A stretch of 64,000 nucleotides of DNA, taken from the NCBI GenBank assembly GCA_039906565.1, contig CM078459.1, positions 18,851,066-18,915,065 of the forward strand, in the 5' to 3' direction. This document shows positions 23,001 to 37,300 of the stretch, one piece after another (positions within the stretch are counted from its first letter, which is position 1; the number at the start of each line of letters is the position of its first letter). The position numbers and the translations under genes were made by a program. The notes below the pieces were generated by a model that was given only the letters and a program-made list of their open reading frames with translations, searched no databases and was not told where the DNA came from. This DNA is from Aegotheles albertisi (Eukaryota).

Positions 23001-26000
23001 TGCAAAATAGAAGGGTTTAAAATTCAGCAACTCCCTGCCCCAGCCATTCAGGCTTCCAAACAGCTCTCACCATATGCACACATTCCCTCCTCCCCTGCCC
23101 TCAGGGGAATCGCCTCTTCTCCACAGATACCTCTGATTTAAGATAGCGTGAGAACTGCGATGTCTGATAGGTTTATCATAACCCATTACTAGGGCTTGGG
23201 GAAACAGACATGGAAACATTGAAGAGCCAAGAAGCCCTAAAGAAATCTCTGTAGGGAGGCAGCCTGCCTGGAAAGCCCCCAGCTATAGCAGCGCAAGGGA
23301 GGAAAAGCTCTGTACGCTCTCAGAGAAAGACTTCTCAAAACAATTTGCCAACATCTTGAGGTCCTGTTTCATGATCAGAAAACTCAGCACACCCTGCAAA
23401 GTATTTGTTACAGAAAGAATTACTTTGGAAAGCCACATACTGGTTGCACCTTTCAGGCTAGCTTTGCTTCAGGAACAGCCCCAAAAAGCAACTCAGAGGT
23501 GACTTATGTTCAAGCTACAACACACAACCACAATTATTTACAATAAAGGTAACATTTACCTTATCAGATACAGCTGAAAAAGGGCTGAGGCTAGCAGCTC
23601 AGAATAATTATTATTTCAAAGTTAGCACAATTTAATGTTTGAGTCCTATTAAAAGTGCTGTTAATTCATCAATTCTCCCATTTGTTTTCTTTTCATCTTT
23701 CCCCCCCATGGTGCAGCTTGCTACATATCCAATTTCAAAACTTCTGTTATCTGTTCCATAACACAGCAAGATGGATACTTTCTTCCTAAACCGGGAATGA
23801 CAGAGCACAGCCCACTAACTCTTTGTAACTAGAGCTGTAATTTTGCGAGTGCTAGTATTAAAATCATTTAGCAGGTCAAATACAATAATGGCTGCTGCAA
23901 TCACCGTCAGCCTCAGGGACCAGGCTGGAATCGTCATCTGGACAAGTATTCCTGTCCTGGGACACTACCTCTATATGCTGAAACTAATCCAGCTATTGGC
24001 AAGTATGTACCCATCTTAAAAGGAAGCTGCAATTACAAACTGCCCACCTTCCAGTCTATATTTTAATATAATTAAAAACCATAATAATTGGGCTTTTCTT
24101 CCTTTTTTCCTATATCGACAAACAGCAAGGCTAAAACCTCCAAACACTTAACAGCGTCTCTCCAGTTTCCACAGCAGGCGGTGTGTTATTACCTTCTCTT
24201 TATTGGCCACCCAGATTTGGGGAAGCAAAAACAGTGAGCCAAATTATTGGCAACTAGTAGATACTAGTGAAAAATTGTAGCTGAAGAATTCTGGTACCTT
24301 TTTCAAAACAACCCCTAAAACCAGCCAGTAAGACCATATGGTAGTGTGACAAATAAACCATTTACCATGACTCAAATACTTACAAAGTGATTATATAGTT
24401 AGTGGGGTCTTTTTAAACAGCATGTCTCTGCCTCTCCGCTGTTTCTTCAGGATTCTCTCTCCACAAGTAACTAAGAATGTTCCAACCTCTCTACCCTACT
24501 GTTTATGATTAACTGTAGTTACTTTGTTGGACCTGAATGTATCCTAGCAGCTAGTGCTGAAAAAAGGGATTTGTAAGAGTGAACAGGAACACAGCAAATA
24601 GTTATTTTCAATGTCACAGACTCTGAATCGTCTTCATTCATATGATAAAGCTTTCCTGAAAGCAAAGCTCAAAGTGGGTATGGTGCCAAGCAAAATGAAC
24701 CTGAAAGACTCTAAAAGGCTAACGGCATGATAAACATGCCTATTCTGAAGAAAACAGATGCATCATGTACGGACTGACCAATACTGTGCATATATTGTGT
24801 TGTTAACAAAAAAAAATTAAAAACCAGCTCCTCAGTACAACCTATCTCAAGTAGCACATGTTCAGCTTAACAAAGTACTCTCCACTGCTCTTTCCAATAC
24901 ACAATTGCTGTGTGAGACAAGCTCCAAGCTGCCACAGCAGCACACCAGGCAGAAACAGTCGTGACAATCCACAACACTGAAGGACAGTTTACATTTACCT
25001 TGCACACCGCTGCTTTGCAGCTTCACTGGCTTGACTGATAGAAAAGGTTGCTGCTTTTTTTTATTTTAAATTAACAGGATTTTTGGTGGCTACTGTAACA
25101 AAGAGCTTCCCCCCTATATTTCCCTCCATTTCCCCCTTTATTTTTGTCTACTTTAAAAATTACCTAGCAACACAGAACAGCAGCATGGTAAATTCTGACT
25201 TCCACTGAAGTGGACCATACGACATTTTGCACCAGCAGGCATAGGTATCATTTTGAGAGTAGCAGAGCCACTATCCATCACACAGAAAGGAAGAACTCCA
25301 AGGCCGAGCTGTTGTCAGGAAAACACAGAATCCCTTGTGGCCATTTATTTGGGGTTTCCAAAGGGAACCCGAGATGATCCGCAGAGCTGTGTTCATGTTT
25401 GCATTTGTTGAGGTTTACCTATCAAAAGGTAACAGATAACAATGTTGGCTGCTGATGTACTAACAGAAGATATAGTGCTAGACATTTTTATGTGGTCAAG
25501 CAATCCTTTCCTCCCCATAATTATCTCAGTTTTTACTCAAGTCTGGCCAAACTTGCTCACCTTAACCATGAGTAGCCTCTCCTGAGGCCCCAAGCATGCA
25601 TTTGCAACAACAAAACCATCAGAGAGTAAATCAGTTGTCACCTGGGAATCATTGCATGGCTGCCAGTGATTAGAGGAGACAAATTGCAACATAACCTTTC
25701 CCAGTCCTGTGTTCCCCAAATTCTTTCCTTAAGAGCTTGCAGACAGCTACAAGCAAGTATATTTCAGGTAAAAAAAAATCAGGCTCAAAAGGAAAAGTTC
25801 CTAGAAACAAGAGGGCAAATACTTCTTGAACCGAGCTAGCAAGGCACTCAGTTTCCATGACAAGACTATAAAAAACATTTTATATCTATTTCAGAGTTAG
25901 TATCTTACACAGAATGAGGAATGTGAATGTAGTAATATTCCTCTTCTGGAATTAGATTTCAAAAAAGAAAAAACAGTGGCAGTTGCTAGTGGGTAGGCAA

Positions 26001-26283
26001 TAAACGCGCACCAGCGACAATACCACCATCAAGGGACATTTATTTTTCTGTTTTGCCTGGATTGCAAAACTTCACTCATACATAAGTTAAACTATTTCTT
26101 CAGTATTTGGGAAATGATTAGCAGGTCTGAAAATATTTAAATAGAAAAGACAAAGATTTAATCTGTGCAGTTTAAGCAAGGTCTGAATTTGAAGACACTG
26201 AAATTTGTAAGTACTTTGTAAATGTAATAAAATTTGTTCGTTTGCAAGTATGTTCCTAGATGTAAGACCGTGCACTTAATCCA

Positions 26284-26322
26284 TTTTTTTTTTTTAGTAA
26301 AAAAAAAAAAAATGTATTTTCT
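26284..26322. repeat. Inverted homopolymer junction T12-AGT-A14, a near-perfect palindrome of about 36 bp.
   Basis: 'catttttttttttttagtaaaaaaaaaaaaaaatg'. Confidence 0.8.
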
Positions 26323-27630
26323 ACAATTTCATAGAAGTTTGGATTTGATCAGTAGGAGGGAATTAAGTCTTTAACTTCTTAACATCACTCAGGCTTCTAT
26401 TGCACAGTACAATTAGTGTGTTATATTTTTATATATTTGTATATATAAATATATATGTTTTTGCAAAATTCTGTGAACTGTGAGGCTGTAGCCATGCAGT
26501 CATTAAAATAATCCTATACGAAACAACTTAATCCCGTATTTTTGAATACAGTCCCCTCCCCCTGTACTGCTCACTAACATTCCCATGCCAGGTTGGGGAA
26601 TCTGCAGCACTGGAATAGCTGGTTAATCAGACCGTGATTTTCATAATCATCCATTCTACATGTTATCATTAATGCAGCAGAAATGTCTTCGATATTCAGA
26701 TTTCTGCTTTCAAGGACTGTGTTCATGCTGACCAGCATGGAAAAACATCCAAGTAACAGAATCATTATCTCCATTCAGAACTCACACACCCTGTTCCTGA
26801 GCATTTTGTGATACTTTACCTTATCATGAACAGCTAAGAAGTACAAAACTGTTGGATGAAGCAAGGGAATAACCTTTAACCCTCATCATCTCTTTCACCT
26901 AGAAATAATGATGTATAGATGTGACTTCACCAGTTAACAAAGAAAGCTTAAGAAACCCAACAGATCAAAAGCATATGAAGCCATTGTGTCACTCAGCATT
27001 GGAAGTTACAGTTAAAATTTCATGAGCTTGTTTTATGTCAGGTTCTAGAGATTCTGAGTGAGTTCACCTATCACAGAAACCTATGGCTTGTTTACATACA
27101 AAGTTTGAAAAAAAATTTAAAAAGTCTGCTGTAAACTACCAGCAAGCTAGTGTAAAGTAGCATCAGTATTGCTCTACTACATTAACAGAGCTCAGGATAC
27201 CACTGCGCCACACACTGTGCAAACATGTTTGCAACTATGCAATCTGAGGTGAGAGAACCACTAAGAAAATTTTAGACATTTAAATAGGCATAGTTTTATT
27301 AGTCTTGATTTACTTTGATTTCAAAATAATTTTAAAGTTGTTTTAAAGTACAAAAAGTATGTATAGGCAAAGCCTAAGAGACAGTTTTCTAAGATTTTAG
27401 TTTTAAGACTACAGAAGATCAGCATAAACTTTGTATTATAGAAAAATCCTAATATATAGTTGAGATGTGATGACCTCACTAGTTTGAGGTTATTCTGGAT
27501 CTTTGAAAAGCTAGGGGAGGGAATCTAGTTTCAAAAAAAACTTCCTAGACTGTGTATAACCCAACTTCCTCTAATTTAAAAACCCTGCATTCCTAAGGAA
27601 TTGTGAAACTCACCGATACACAGCGCGTTT

Positions 27631-27698
27631 ACTTCTGAAATGTTTACTTCTGAAATGTTTGCTTCTGAAATGTTTGCTTCTGAAATGTTTGCTTCTGG
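27631..27698. repeat. 15-bp tandem repeat (ACTTCTGAAATGTTT / GCTTCTGAAATGTTT), about 4.5 copies.
   Basis: Direct reading: 'acttctgaaatgttt acttctgaaatgttt gcttctgaaatgttt gcttctgaaatgttt gcttctgg'. Confidence 0.9.
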
Positions 27699-28124
27699 CT
27701 TTACACAACTTCACACAATGCTCCCCATTCCCTCCTGTAGGATTCCTTACCTGTCTTTTTTGTAGCAGGTGCCAAGTTAGGCCAGTGTCCTAACCTCCTC
27801 TTCCAAAATAATGACAGCAGAATTGATAATCTTTGTGGGGCTAAAATCTCTGAAGTCATAAAACTGTGCTGGGGGAAAGGGCAGGGCAAGCTGTGGTCAC
27901 ATGGTCCTTATAAAGAGCAACAACTCAGGATTCACTCAGAGACCTTTCATATTTGATGTGCTTCATTCAAAAATGTAAAATTTAACAATACTAAGCAATA
28001 CATACATCTATATTGAAATGAACCTAGGGTAAGGAAGCATTCAAATACCTAAGCATGTAATAGGGTTTTAATGTTAATTCACATAAAGTTCAATCAAGTC
28101 AAAGCTTTATTTAGATGACAATCA

Positions 28125-28370
28125 CAGACTGGTTAACATTGGAAGGGACCTCTGAAGGTCATCTAGTCCAACCCCATTGCTCAAGCAGGGCTGCCTAGAG
28201 CCCCATGTCCACACAGCTTTTGAATATCTCCAAGGATAGAGACTCCACAACCTCCCTGGGCAACCTGCGCCAGTGCTAGATCACTCTCACATCAAAAATG
28301 TGTTTCCTGATGTTCAGAGGGAGCCTCCTGTGTTTCAGTTTGTGCCCACTGCCTCTAATCTAGACAAAAG
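28125..28370 (-). mobile_element. CR1 3'-terminal fragment, reverse orientation.
   Basis: 'caatcacagactggttaacattggaagggacctctgaaggtcatctagtccaaccccattgctcaagcagggctgcctagagccccatgtccacacagcttttgaatatctccaaggatagagactccacaacctccctgggcaacctgcgccagtgc...' is the reverse complement of a CR1 tail (..ggttggactagatgacc..cccttccaatg..ctgtgattg). Confidence 0.75.
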
Positions 28371-31300
28371 ATTTGGTAATTCTTTGTGTAATTAAGTAAT
28401 TTCCTTCCTGTGCTTACTGCTGTGCAACAATTTTTCCTTCTCATTACTTCATGACAAATACAGAACACCAACTGCTAGCTTCCACCATAATAAAAACATA
28501 TTTGTTAGAAAAAAATATTACATTAGATTTGAAATACACAGGAAGTGGAATCTGTATTTCAAGACAAAGACAACAGAACAGCATTAATAAACTACAGGGA
28601 TATCCTGCAATTGCTCTATTACATATTGGTCCACTGACATGAACACTTACCTGTTTATGAAAAAAAAACCACAAAGCAATGCTGAATAAAGGTACCATTT
28701 CTCATGAAAACTTGTGTTTTGTAGAGACGAAGGCATTTACAGATCTGTTTTAATATGACATAACTAGTCCTTGCAACAAACCCAGCCTACACTTGCCCAG
28801 TCTAAGCAGATTACTATTGAGACCTGGGCTAAAAGTTGTGCCTAACACCACCGAGGAACCTGTGAAAACTTTCAAGGCAGAATATGCACTGAACTCAACC
28901 ACATAAAACTGAAGAGCAGAGATTCTCTACTTGCTATTGTTGTTCAAGCTTCATCGTCTGGCAAGCTGGAACTCAAACTTGGCCTTTTGTCCTTTACTTG
29001 CACAACTAGAAATATTGCTGATGCTGCACCAAGATTTATCTCAACTTTCTAGTACCATTTTATTTTCCTTATTTTAGTAGAAGTGGCTATTACCTGTACA
29101 ACATTGTTCCTACCCAAACTGAGATAGCTTTCTAAGTTAATATCAAACATTTAAAAAAAGCATTAAGCCTCAGCTTTCATATACATAGAGCTAAGGAAGC
29201 ACCTGCAAACATGTAATGAAGGGAACTGGAAAGCATGATATTAGGAATAATTTCAAGTTTAAATAACAGATTTAATTCTCAGGCATCTCAGTGTGTGTTA
29301 GGAATAATATTAAAATTAACCTTTCTACCATCTAGCCCCTTTAAAAGACACTCCAGTTGGCTACCACTTTCTTCACTTGAGAACAAACGAAGTACAAAGG
29401 CCTTAATGATGCAGCCACATTTCCACTGGATCCAGCCAAGACCACGTGGTAAGAAATAGAGAACTTCCTTGTGTTATCATCTTACATACAAAGGCAGCCA
29501 GCTGACATCATATTCAAGACTAAAATATTTTGAAGAGACTGACTTTCATCATGATTCATTAAGATTTCTAGAGGCAAGCTCATACTGTAATTCTCACATT
29601 AAAAATATGCATTTAAAAATGTTATCAAAATTATGTCAGGTGACAAATTTGTAAGTATCAGATTAATGAGAAAATGGTTATGAACACAGACTAGAACATG
29701 AAAGTTGTTACTTCAGTTACCTGTTTGTGACTTTTGATGTACACAGGAAAAAACATCCATTCTAACACACTACAAACATAATTTGCTGTCTTGAGAAAAG
29801 AAACTCCACATAAGTAAGCAGCAGCTTCTCCAACAAAGTCTGCATTTCAAACTGAAGTTCTGCATACCGATGCATCAATTTCTTTGAAAGGTTAACAGAA
29901 CATTTACCTGTTATCAGACTCTTCCACTACATTTTTACAGACCATCTTCAAAGAGCTCACAGTTTGCACTCCTGTTCTGCTCAACCCTGTTCTTGCTTTC
30001 TTGTAATTTTATCTTCATCTTCTTTAACAACCTATTTCAGTCAATTTACTTCCATTCTGAGCTCTGCAAAATCTCTTATCTGATCAGCATCTGATTGCTG
30101 AGGATGCTCTGTCAGGGTATATTTATGCATAAATTCTGAGTGATTGTAGTTTACACCACATGGCGTAAACTAAAATAAATGCTGATATCCCAACAGAAGA
30201 TGAAACTCAGCACCTGGAGGTAGAACCAGGTATTCGAATCTTTATTACAAAATTAGGGAATTAGTCTGAAGTAATTATTCAACAGATTAATTTTCTGTAA
30301 CACACCTTGAATTATCAAAGGAATTTGGGACACTGACAGTACAAGCATAACAGGTTTGTATTTTTTGAAAATTGGCATACAATATTTCTTAAGTCTCTAC
30401 TCAAGCTTGCTCAGATCAATACTCATTGAGAATACCACAGTTATAATTTATGTAAGGTAACATTTGGAAGTGCACTGCAATGACTGAAAACATGTAAACT
30501 AAGAAGTCCATAGCTGGCAAGAGCAAATGCAGATTTAAACACTCCATGACTAAACCACACAACTCCCACCTGCAGTAGCTGCCACTGTGCAACTGAAATT
30601 TGCTAAGAAGAGATGACTTTGATCTTTATGGCTACATCGTTGTAGCCGTAAAGGAACTTTATTAGCTGAGGCAGGTGAAGTGACTGCTGAAACAAGTGAA
30701 GACACTGTTATATTCAAAGTCCTGGGAAGGCTGACGGTTGTGTAGCTGTACACGTACTCGATCAGCAGACGAGCTACCTCAGGTGCTGACTGTTCAACTG
30801 CTCAGAATTACCACTGTGGCAAGATAAATTTATGAAGAACATGATTAAGTCCTGATGGTCCTATTCTTGTTTTGTGACAATCAAGGCGAAGATGACATTT
30901 TCCTCCAATAAGAGCAGAACCAGATTCGGGCAGCATTTGTTTATAAGCATAAGTCCTCCATTGGACGCATGGGTACTTTCAAGCTATAAATATTTGAAGA
31001 ATTTCAGCCCCTTCCCAGCACAATTTTGCCTTGGATATTTAGCCTTTCCCTGCATGTCAATGAAGTTCCACCTCTGTTCCTTTAAGGTTATGTAGACAAA
31101 AATTAAAATCATAAGAAAATATACCAAACTCTCCAGTAGCATTACTCTTCTCCGTATCATAACGAAACACAAGCTTTCAGATTTATTTTGTCCATTAAAG
31201 CATGTATTTTATTTGCATGTTTCCACTGAACTATTTTTGCTTATAGCTGAACTCTAAAACAACATTTAAGAATTTTAGATTAAGTTTATCAAGAGTCATA

Positions 31301-34300
31301 CTTCGGGTTTTTAATTCTATTTTAATCCTAATTTGATAGCTTCCAAATTTTTAGAAGAAACAAACTGAAAGATGAGGTCAAACCACATCTTCATGCTTTT
31401 CCACAATACTTCTCTCCCCCATTTGTAAATCTGTGAAGACCACTTACCTACTTTTACTTTTCTGTATTAGTATTTCCACACACCTGAGTCAAGAAAGGGT
31501 ACCGATCTATTACTTAAACTTCTCGTGTATTCTGTCACATAATTATTGTGTATTGATTTACACAAAAGAGAAACTTTAAAATTAAATTAGTTCAGAATGA
31601 AGTCGTTCCCCCACTCCCCACTCCCCCTAGGAAGAGCATAAATCTTTTTTAACGACACAACAGGTTAAGAATACATACATGATATCCATACACTAACAAA
31701 ACACATGGAGAGGTATGTAATGACTTGCCAAATCACATAAAGAACTGTTTTTACTGTGCATCTGACATCTGATCCTCTCCTTTAACCCATTTCTATCAAG
31801 TTTAGTATTACAACCACGAAACAAAGTTTTATACAGCTCTTATCTTCTACATCAGGAAAAGTTAAAGCCTTTTACAATAAAAAGAAAACCTGGAATACAG
31901 ACTAGGAAACAAACTCCTACATGGAATGGATAAGGATACTCAGAACAGGCCAGTGACAATCTTCAATGAATGATTTGGCCCAATCCTATAGTCAGTATGT
32001 CACATTACGTCCTCATATCACTTCCAAAGCAGAAGCTTGCAGAATTTTCACCGTAACACTAGCAGAAGGTTAGGGTTGAGTCACAATGTCCTCAATGTTG
32101 GAGCAGTGAAAGATTTAGAGCTCAAATACTTCAGAAATATGTAAGACCTCTAGTAAAATAGTTTTCCATCTTCTTTAAAAAGACACCATTCAGCTTCCTC
32201 GACACTGGACAGTTTTTGAAGATACCAGATTTTTAGATTTATTTTTTTTTTAACAGTAAAATATGAAGATTCTACATTACCAGTTGTCCCACCTGAGTCC
32301 TCAAGAATTAAACAACATACAATAATAATCCCTTACCCGCTCCCAAAAATCTAGATGAACACTTTCAAACCTGTGAGTACTTATGTGACTGCTACAGCAA
32401 TAAGGTGGAAATGCAAATGTAGTATCAAGGTTCTGGGCAAAAAAATTTAAAATCAGTTTTAATTCCCAAAAGTATCAGACACCTAGGAAATTCAGGTTTA
32501 TGGTTAACTGGAAGAAGAAAAAGATGTATGAAAGAATTCATTTCAAAGGTAGCAAGAGTAACGCTCAAGATCAGATTTTATCTGTTTTTAAAGGCACAAC
32601 ATACTATCAGTCTTCGTTAACTACCAGCACTTGAATTACCCTATTTCTGATATTCATACTACATCCCATCATCTCCAGCAAAGATGGAGCAAACATGTGC
32701 CTAATTGAACCAATTCTATTTTTAAGATGCTAAAAATTAATTAATACTTACACCTGGATAAAATTGGAGAAATCCTATTATTTGTTAAGTCTTTGTAACA
32801 AACAGTTTTGCACAATGGTCCTTATTTAAAGAGTAAGCAAATGCATGCTCAGTTACATACTGCAATTCAAAACGAGCATGATTTCTCCATGATTTGTACT
32901 TTCCCCCACCCCTCCAGTGAACTGGTTTATGCTCACTAAATTTTAAAGTTTCACTTTAAAAATTATGAAACTCAAACTATTTTTTTTTATGTTTAATACA
33001 ACTTGGGGAGTTACAGTACTACTCAGAGCAAACATAGGGTCATTTATGATTAATTTACTGTCTTGTACACATGTTTGTGATTAAAACCAGATTATTTATT
33101 GAAACAAAACTCACAATTTTTTTATCTTTAACATTAATAGTGAAGTGGAACGTAAGCAGGAAAAAAAACCTGCAATAATGCATGAAAGTATACCAAGTGA
33201 TTGTATTCTCCTGAGCCAGCTGTCATTTTGGAAGCAGAAAGAGGCATCCAGGACTTCCATTTACTTTCCTAATAAGCACATTTTCATGACTTGTTACTTT
33301 TTCTCTATGTGCAATAGAAAAAGTGTATTTTTCACAAAACATGCAGAGTGAACACAAAACAGAAAACAAGCTCAGTAATGAAAAGCACTCCTAAACAATA
33401 CTAAACAAATGCTCTAATACCCCCACCCTTCTACAGACATTTGAATCCAGCAGTGTGAATAAAATATGGAACTGTACACAACTGTGATGCAAGAATGATG
33501 CTGAACATGCATTAAGTGACAGTACAAAAACTACACAAACCATAATATGGCAATGATAAACTGGCACATATACCAAAAAGGTTCTAAAAGCATAGCCATT
33601 CCAACTGCCAAGTTGACATAATTTTCACATTTAAAGCAGGAGTTCAGTATATGACAATTATTTCACACCTTTTCTTTCAAAACTCTGACCATTCAGTTTT
33701 TAAAATGTGTTAATTGCATTCTTCACACACTAAGGCAGAAACTTTATTTGCATTATTTGGCACAACTCTGGTTCTGAAGTGTCAGATGTGGAATTGCTAC
33801 TGATATAATGTTGGAAGTTCTAGAAGCACAATGTTCCACATCGGAACGAAACTGAAGATGAACTACTGTTTCATTATTCAAGTTTTGCCTTCTGTGCCTT
33901 CTGGAAAAGGCTTCTGATTTGAAGCTGACTGAAACTGGAGCTGCAGCTTACCTTTCACATGCTCTGCCCCTTAAAAGTGGAACACAATACATGGAACAAT
34001 GCAGTGCTATTGTATAAAAGAATGAACAACATTAGCATTTTAAAACACAGTATTTCCCATCTTTGAAATTGTGGTTTATGTATTTTCTTCTAAGAAGGAA
34101 GTACATGTGAATAGCCTTGCTTCTCTAAAGCAACTGTGTCTATCATCTTTCCCAGTGAAATCACGAAGAACACTATTTTCCATACTTTACTGGCTTGCAC
34201 GTAAACCTTCTTCACAACTGCAGGAAGCGAACAGACAGATCAAGCTCGTGTATAATTTGGCTCAACATTTTAGTTTACATTTTTTTGTTCATGATTTCAA

Positions 34301-37300
34301 ATACTCTTGGGCCAACTATCACTACAAATGTAAAACATAACCATGCTATTCAGACATCTAAAGCCCTCAACTTATTTCTTACCTGTTTGTTCTAAATTAT
34401 GTATTTCTTAGAAGTACTGAAAAGTCATCCAAACTCATTGAGAACACATATAAAACTACATTCTCTACATGGCATGTAGGTACAGCACAATTAACCTATG
34501 CCCACACTGTTATGAAGAGTCTCACTCTGCTGCCCACTCCTTGCTGTTCTCTCCTTCCACAACTAAATCAGCAGAATCAGTAATTTTCACTGGGTTTCTT
34601 TTACCCTGCTCACTGCATAGGCACAGAGATGTGAGGGTGGCACAAAGCAGGCAGGAAGCAGGACCAAGCAGAAGGGAGGACAAAGAGTTATTCCCACCTG
34701 CAGCAATCCATGTATTGAATTATTATTTCAAATACACACACAATTATTTTCAAGTTTCCATTAGCATACAAATATTTAAAACATTGCCACTCCCAGCTGA
34801 CAATTCAAAAATTGCATTTGACAGTACTGTGATAGCTGGTTTATGCAGAGGGTTTTTTTCTGCAATTCTACACTAGATAAAAATATTCAAAGCTTAGTAA
34901 CAGCGCTGCAGAATAAATCCTTTTCCAGCAAATAATGAACAGTAATAGAGCTCTTGAAATGAGAAACACGCTAAAATGCCCAACACACCTAAAGCAAACA
35001 GCTGCAAAAAGAATTAAAATAAATCACTAAGTATGTGTGATTATTTAAAAAGGAAAAAACCTGTTTTACTTGGGGGAGTTAGGCATCAGGTTTGCCTTGG
35101 TTTTCTGGGAGGGGTGGTTTGGTGTTCGTCATTTCTTTCTAATATTCAGCTAGAATAAAATTAGTTTCCCTTTCACATAAATAAAAATTTCAGTGAAATT
35201 AAGGCAAAAAACTAGCGAAAATGCCTTAATCCCATCCCATGCCGTAATTACTAATAAATATTCACTATTTTATTTCCTTTACATCACCTTCTGTTTGGTG
35301 CTTCTCTGGCTATGACACACACATGTAAGACTGGATTCTCATTGGTTTGATGAGAAGCTAACAATCTTAGAATCAGCTGTTTCATACTTATGACCACATG
35401 AGGTGTGGACACTGTATACAGTTGCTGTATTCAGCCACAAAACCCAAGTCCTACAGAACAATTCCATAACAACACAGAACAAACATATCCAGCTGCAGTG
35501 ACCCCATTTTACATGCCATGAATATTAACATTTTTTTAGAATATGAATTCATTTCAGTTTTTCTGATATTCCTTGGCCATCTGCACAACACTTAACTCAA
35601 AGTTTAAAAAATCCAAGACATTAGCATAACTGGTATTTCCATATTTCCCATTAAAAATTAGTTACTTTGTGGTTTTCACATATAACAAGCTTTAAAATTA
35701 GTTGTGAATCTGCTGCAGATAGAAAATTAAACCACATTTCTCCCTTTTTTATTATGTCACTTTATTCCCCTTCTCCCCCACTTTTTCAATTTACATACAG
35801 GACTCTTCACGCTTATTCCTGCCCAAGGTTCTATGCAATTTTCTTTACTGAGAAATTAGAAGGCAAGAACAGTATCTTTATTCTCACTGCACTTCTTCCA
35901 AGTCAAGCACTTAACATCCGATATACAGTTAGCATGTAAATTCAATCAAATTATACAGCTATGCTTTACTCTACAGAAATTAAGATATAAAAGCACACTA
36001 GTAAAACCAGGACCAATAGAAGCTCTAGACAAACCATTTACCAAAACAAATGGAAAAACCTTATCAACATGTGTATGCAGTAACACAGTCAAGTTCTTTT
36101 TGAATTTCATACCTATTATGAACATCTTGTCCTCTATTCGAGGGGCTACATAAAAATCAGTAAGTTTTTCCCTGCATTTACACAGTTGTTTGGGGTTTTT
36201 ATGTGATTCGGGTACGAAACAATCATTATATGAAAGCAGATTTTTAAAATGTTTTTACCTATAACTATGCTATGTATATCTCTGAACTTAAAAGTTCTGA
36301 ATAGTTCCCTCAATTAGGAAAAAATGGTTGCTATTCTAAACTGCTTTTCTGAAGAAATCCATCTCTTACTGCTTTTAAAAGTCAGGCTGAAGTCATTAAT
36401 ATGAATACCTCCAAATTTCAATTATATTAATTGTCACAGTAGCTTAAAGGAAGTTCAAGATGGAAAAGACCTATTAAATCTATCCCATTGAAAACAAACA
36501 CACTGAGGGCTCATTTCCAGGCATTTAAAATCATGAAGAGTATTGTTTTCATGAACATTTAATGTTCCGTTTATCTATTCTACAACTTACATTTTAGACA
36601 TAGATAACTTAATTTTTATAAATGTCAGTATTTCATGGTTTACTGTGAAAACAAGCTTGAAATGCCTACATCTATGATTTTTAAAATATTTTATGGGGAA
36701 AACCCCAAAACTATTAGCAAAACATTTCTTCATAACAGCAAAACACCAAATCAGTGAGACCACCTACTAAGTATATTTTTAGACTATATACCACAAGGCA
36801 ACAAAAAGCCTATCCAGTGGCAAAAATTATACCTGACATTAAGTATTGCCAGCTTTTCATTAACCCTTCTATTGTCAAGTTCTCACATTTCATTGAATGA
36901 ATTTTTAAGAAAACAAATGCTTTTCTGATAATGCAGTCCAACGTTTGCCACTAAGCTAACACTGAACAACCAATAATCTAAAGGGGTAATGTCTAACCTC
37001 TATATTTTCCATAGGCCACACTCCCTGCCTCCTCACTATTCAAGAATCAGGGAAGTTTGGACCGATACTCCCTCATGCTAGGAGTGAGCTAACAGCCCAA
37101 GGAAAGCACCAAATCCCAAGACAGTTCTGAATCTTAATCATAGCACAGTGCCCAAATTAATAAATTCAGGACTCCTGAGAAGACAATTAAATTCCATTTT
37201 AAATATGTGCTCTCTTGAGCCCCAGTCTTGGCCCCAAGCACAAGCTACCAAGAGATGCTGGATGCAGACTCTGAAAAACCACCTACAGATATGCACCACT

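Noticed and set aside
34469-34876. 135-aa + strand ORF in the intergenic interval.
   Set aside because: Low-complexity translation with no motif and no flanking splice or promoter signals. Most likely non-coding.
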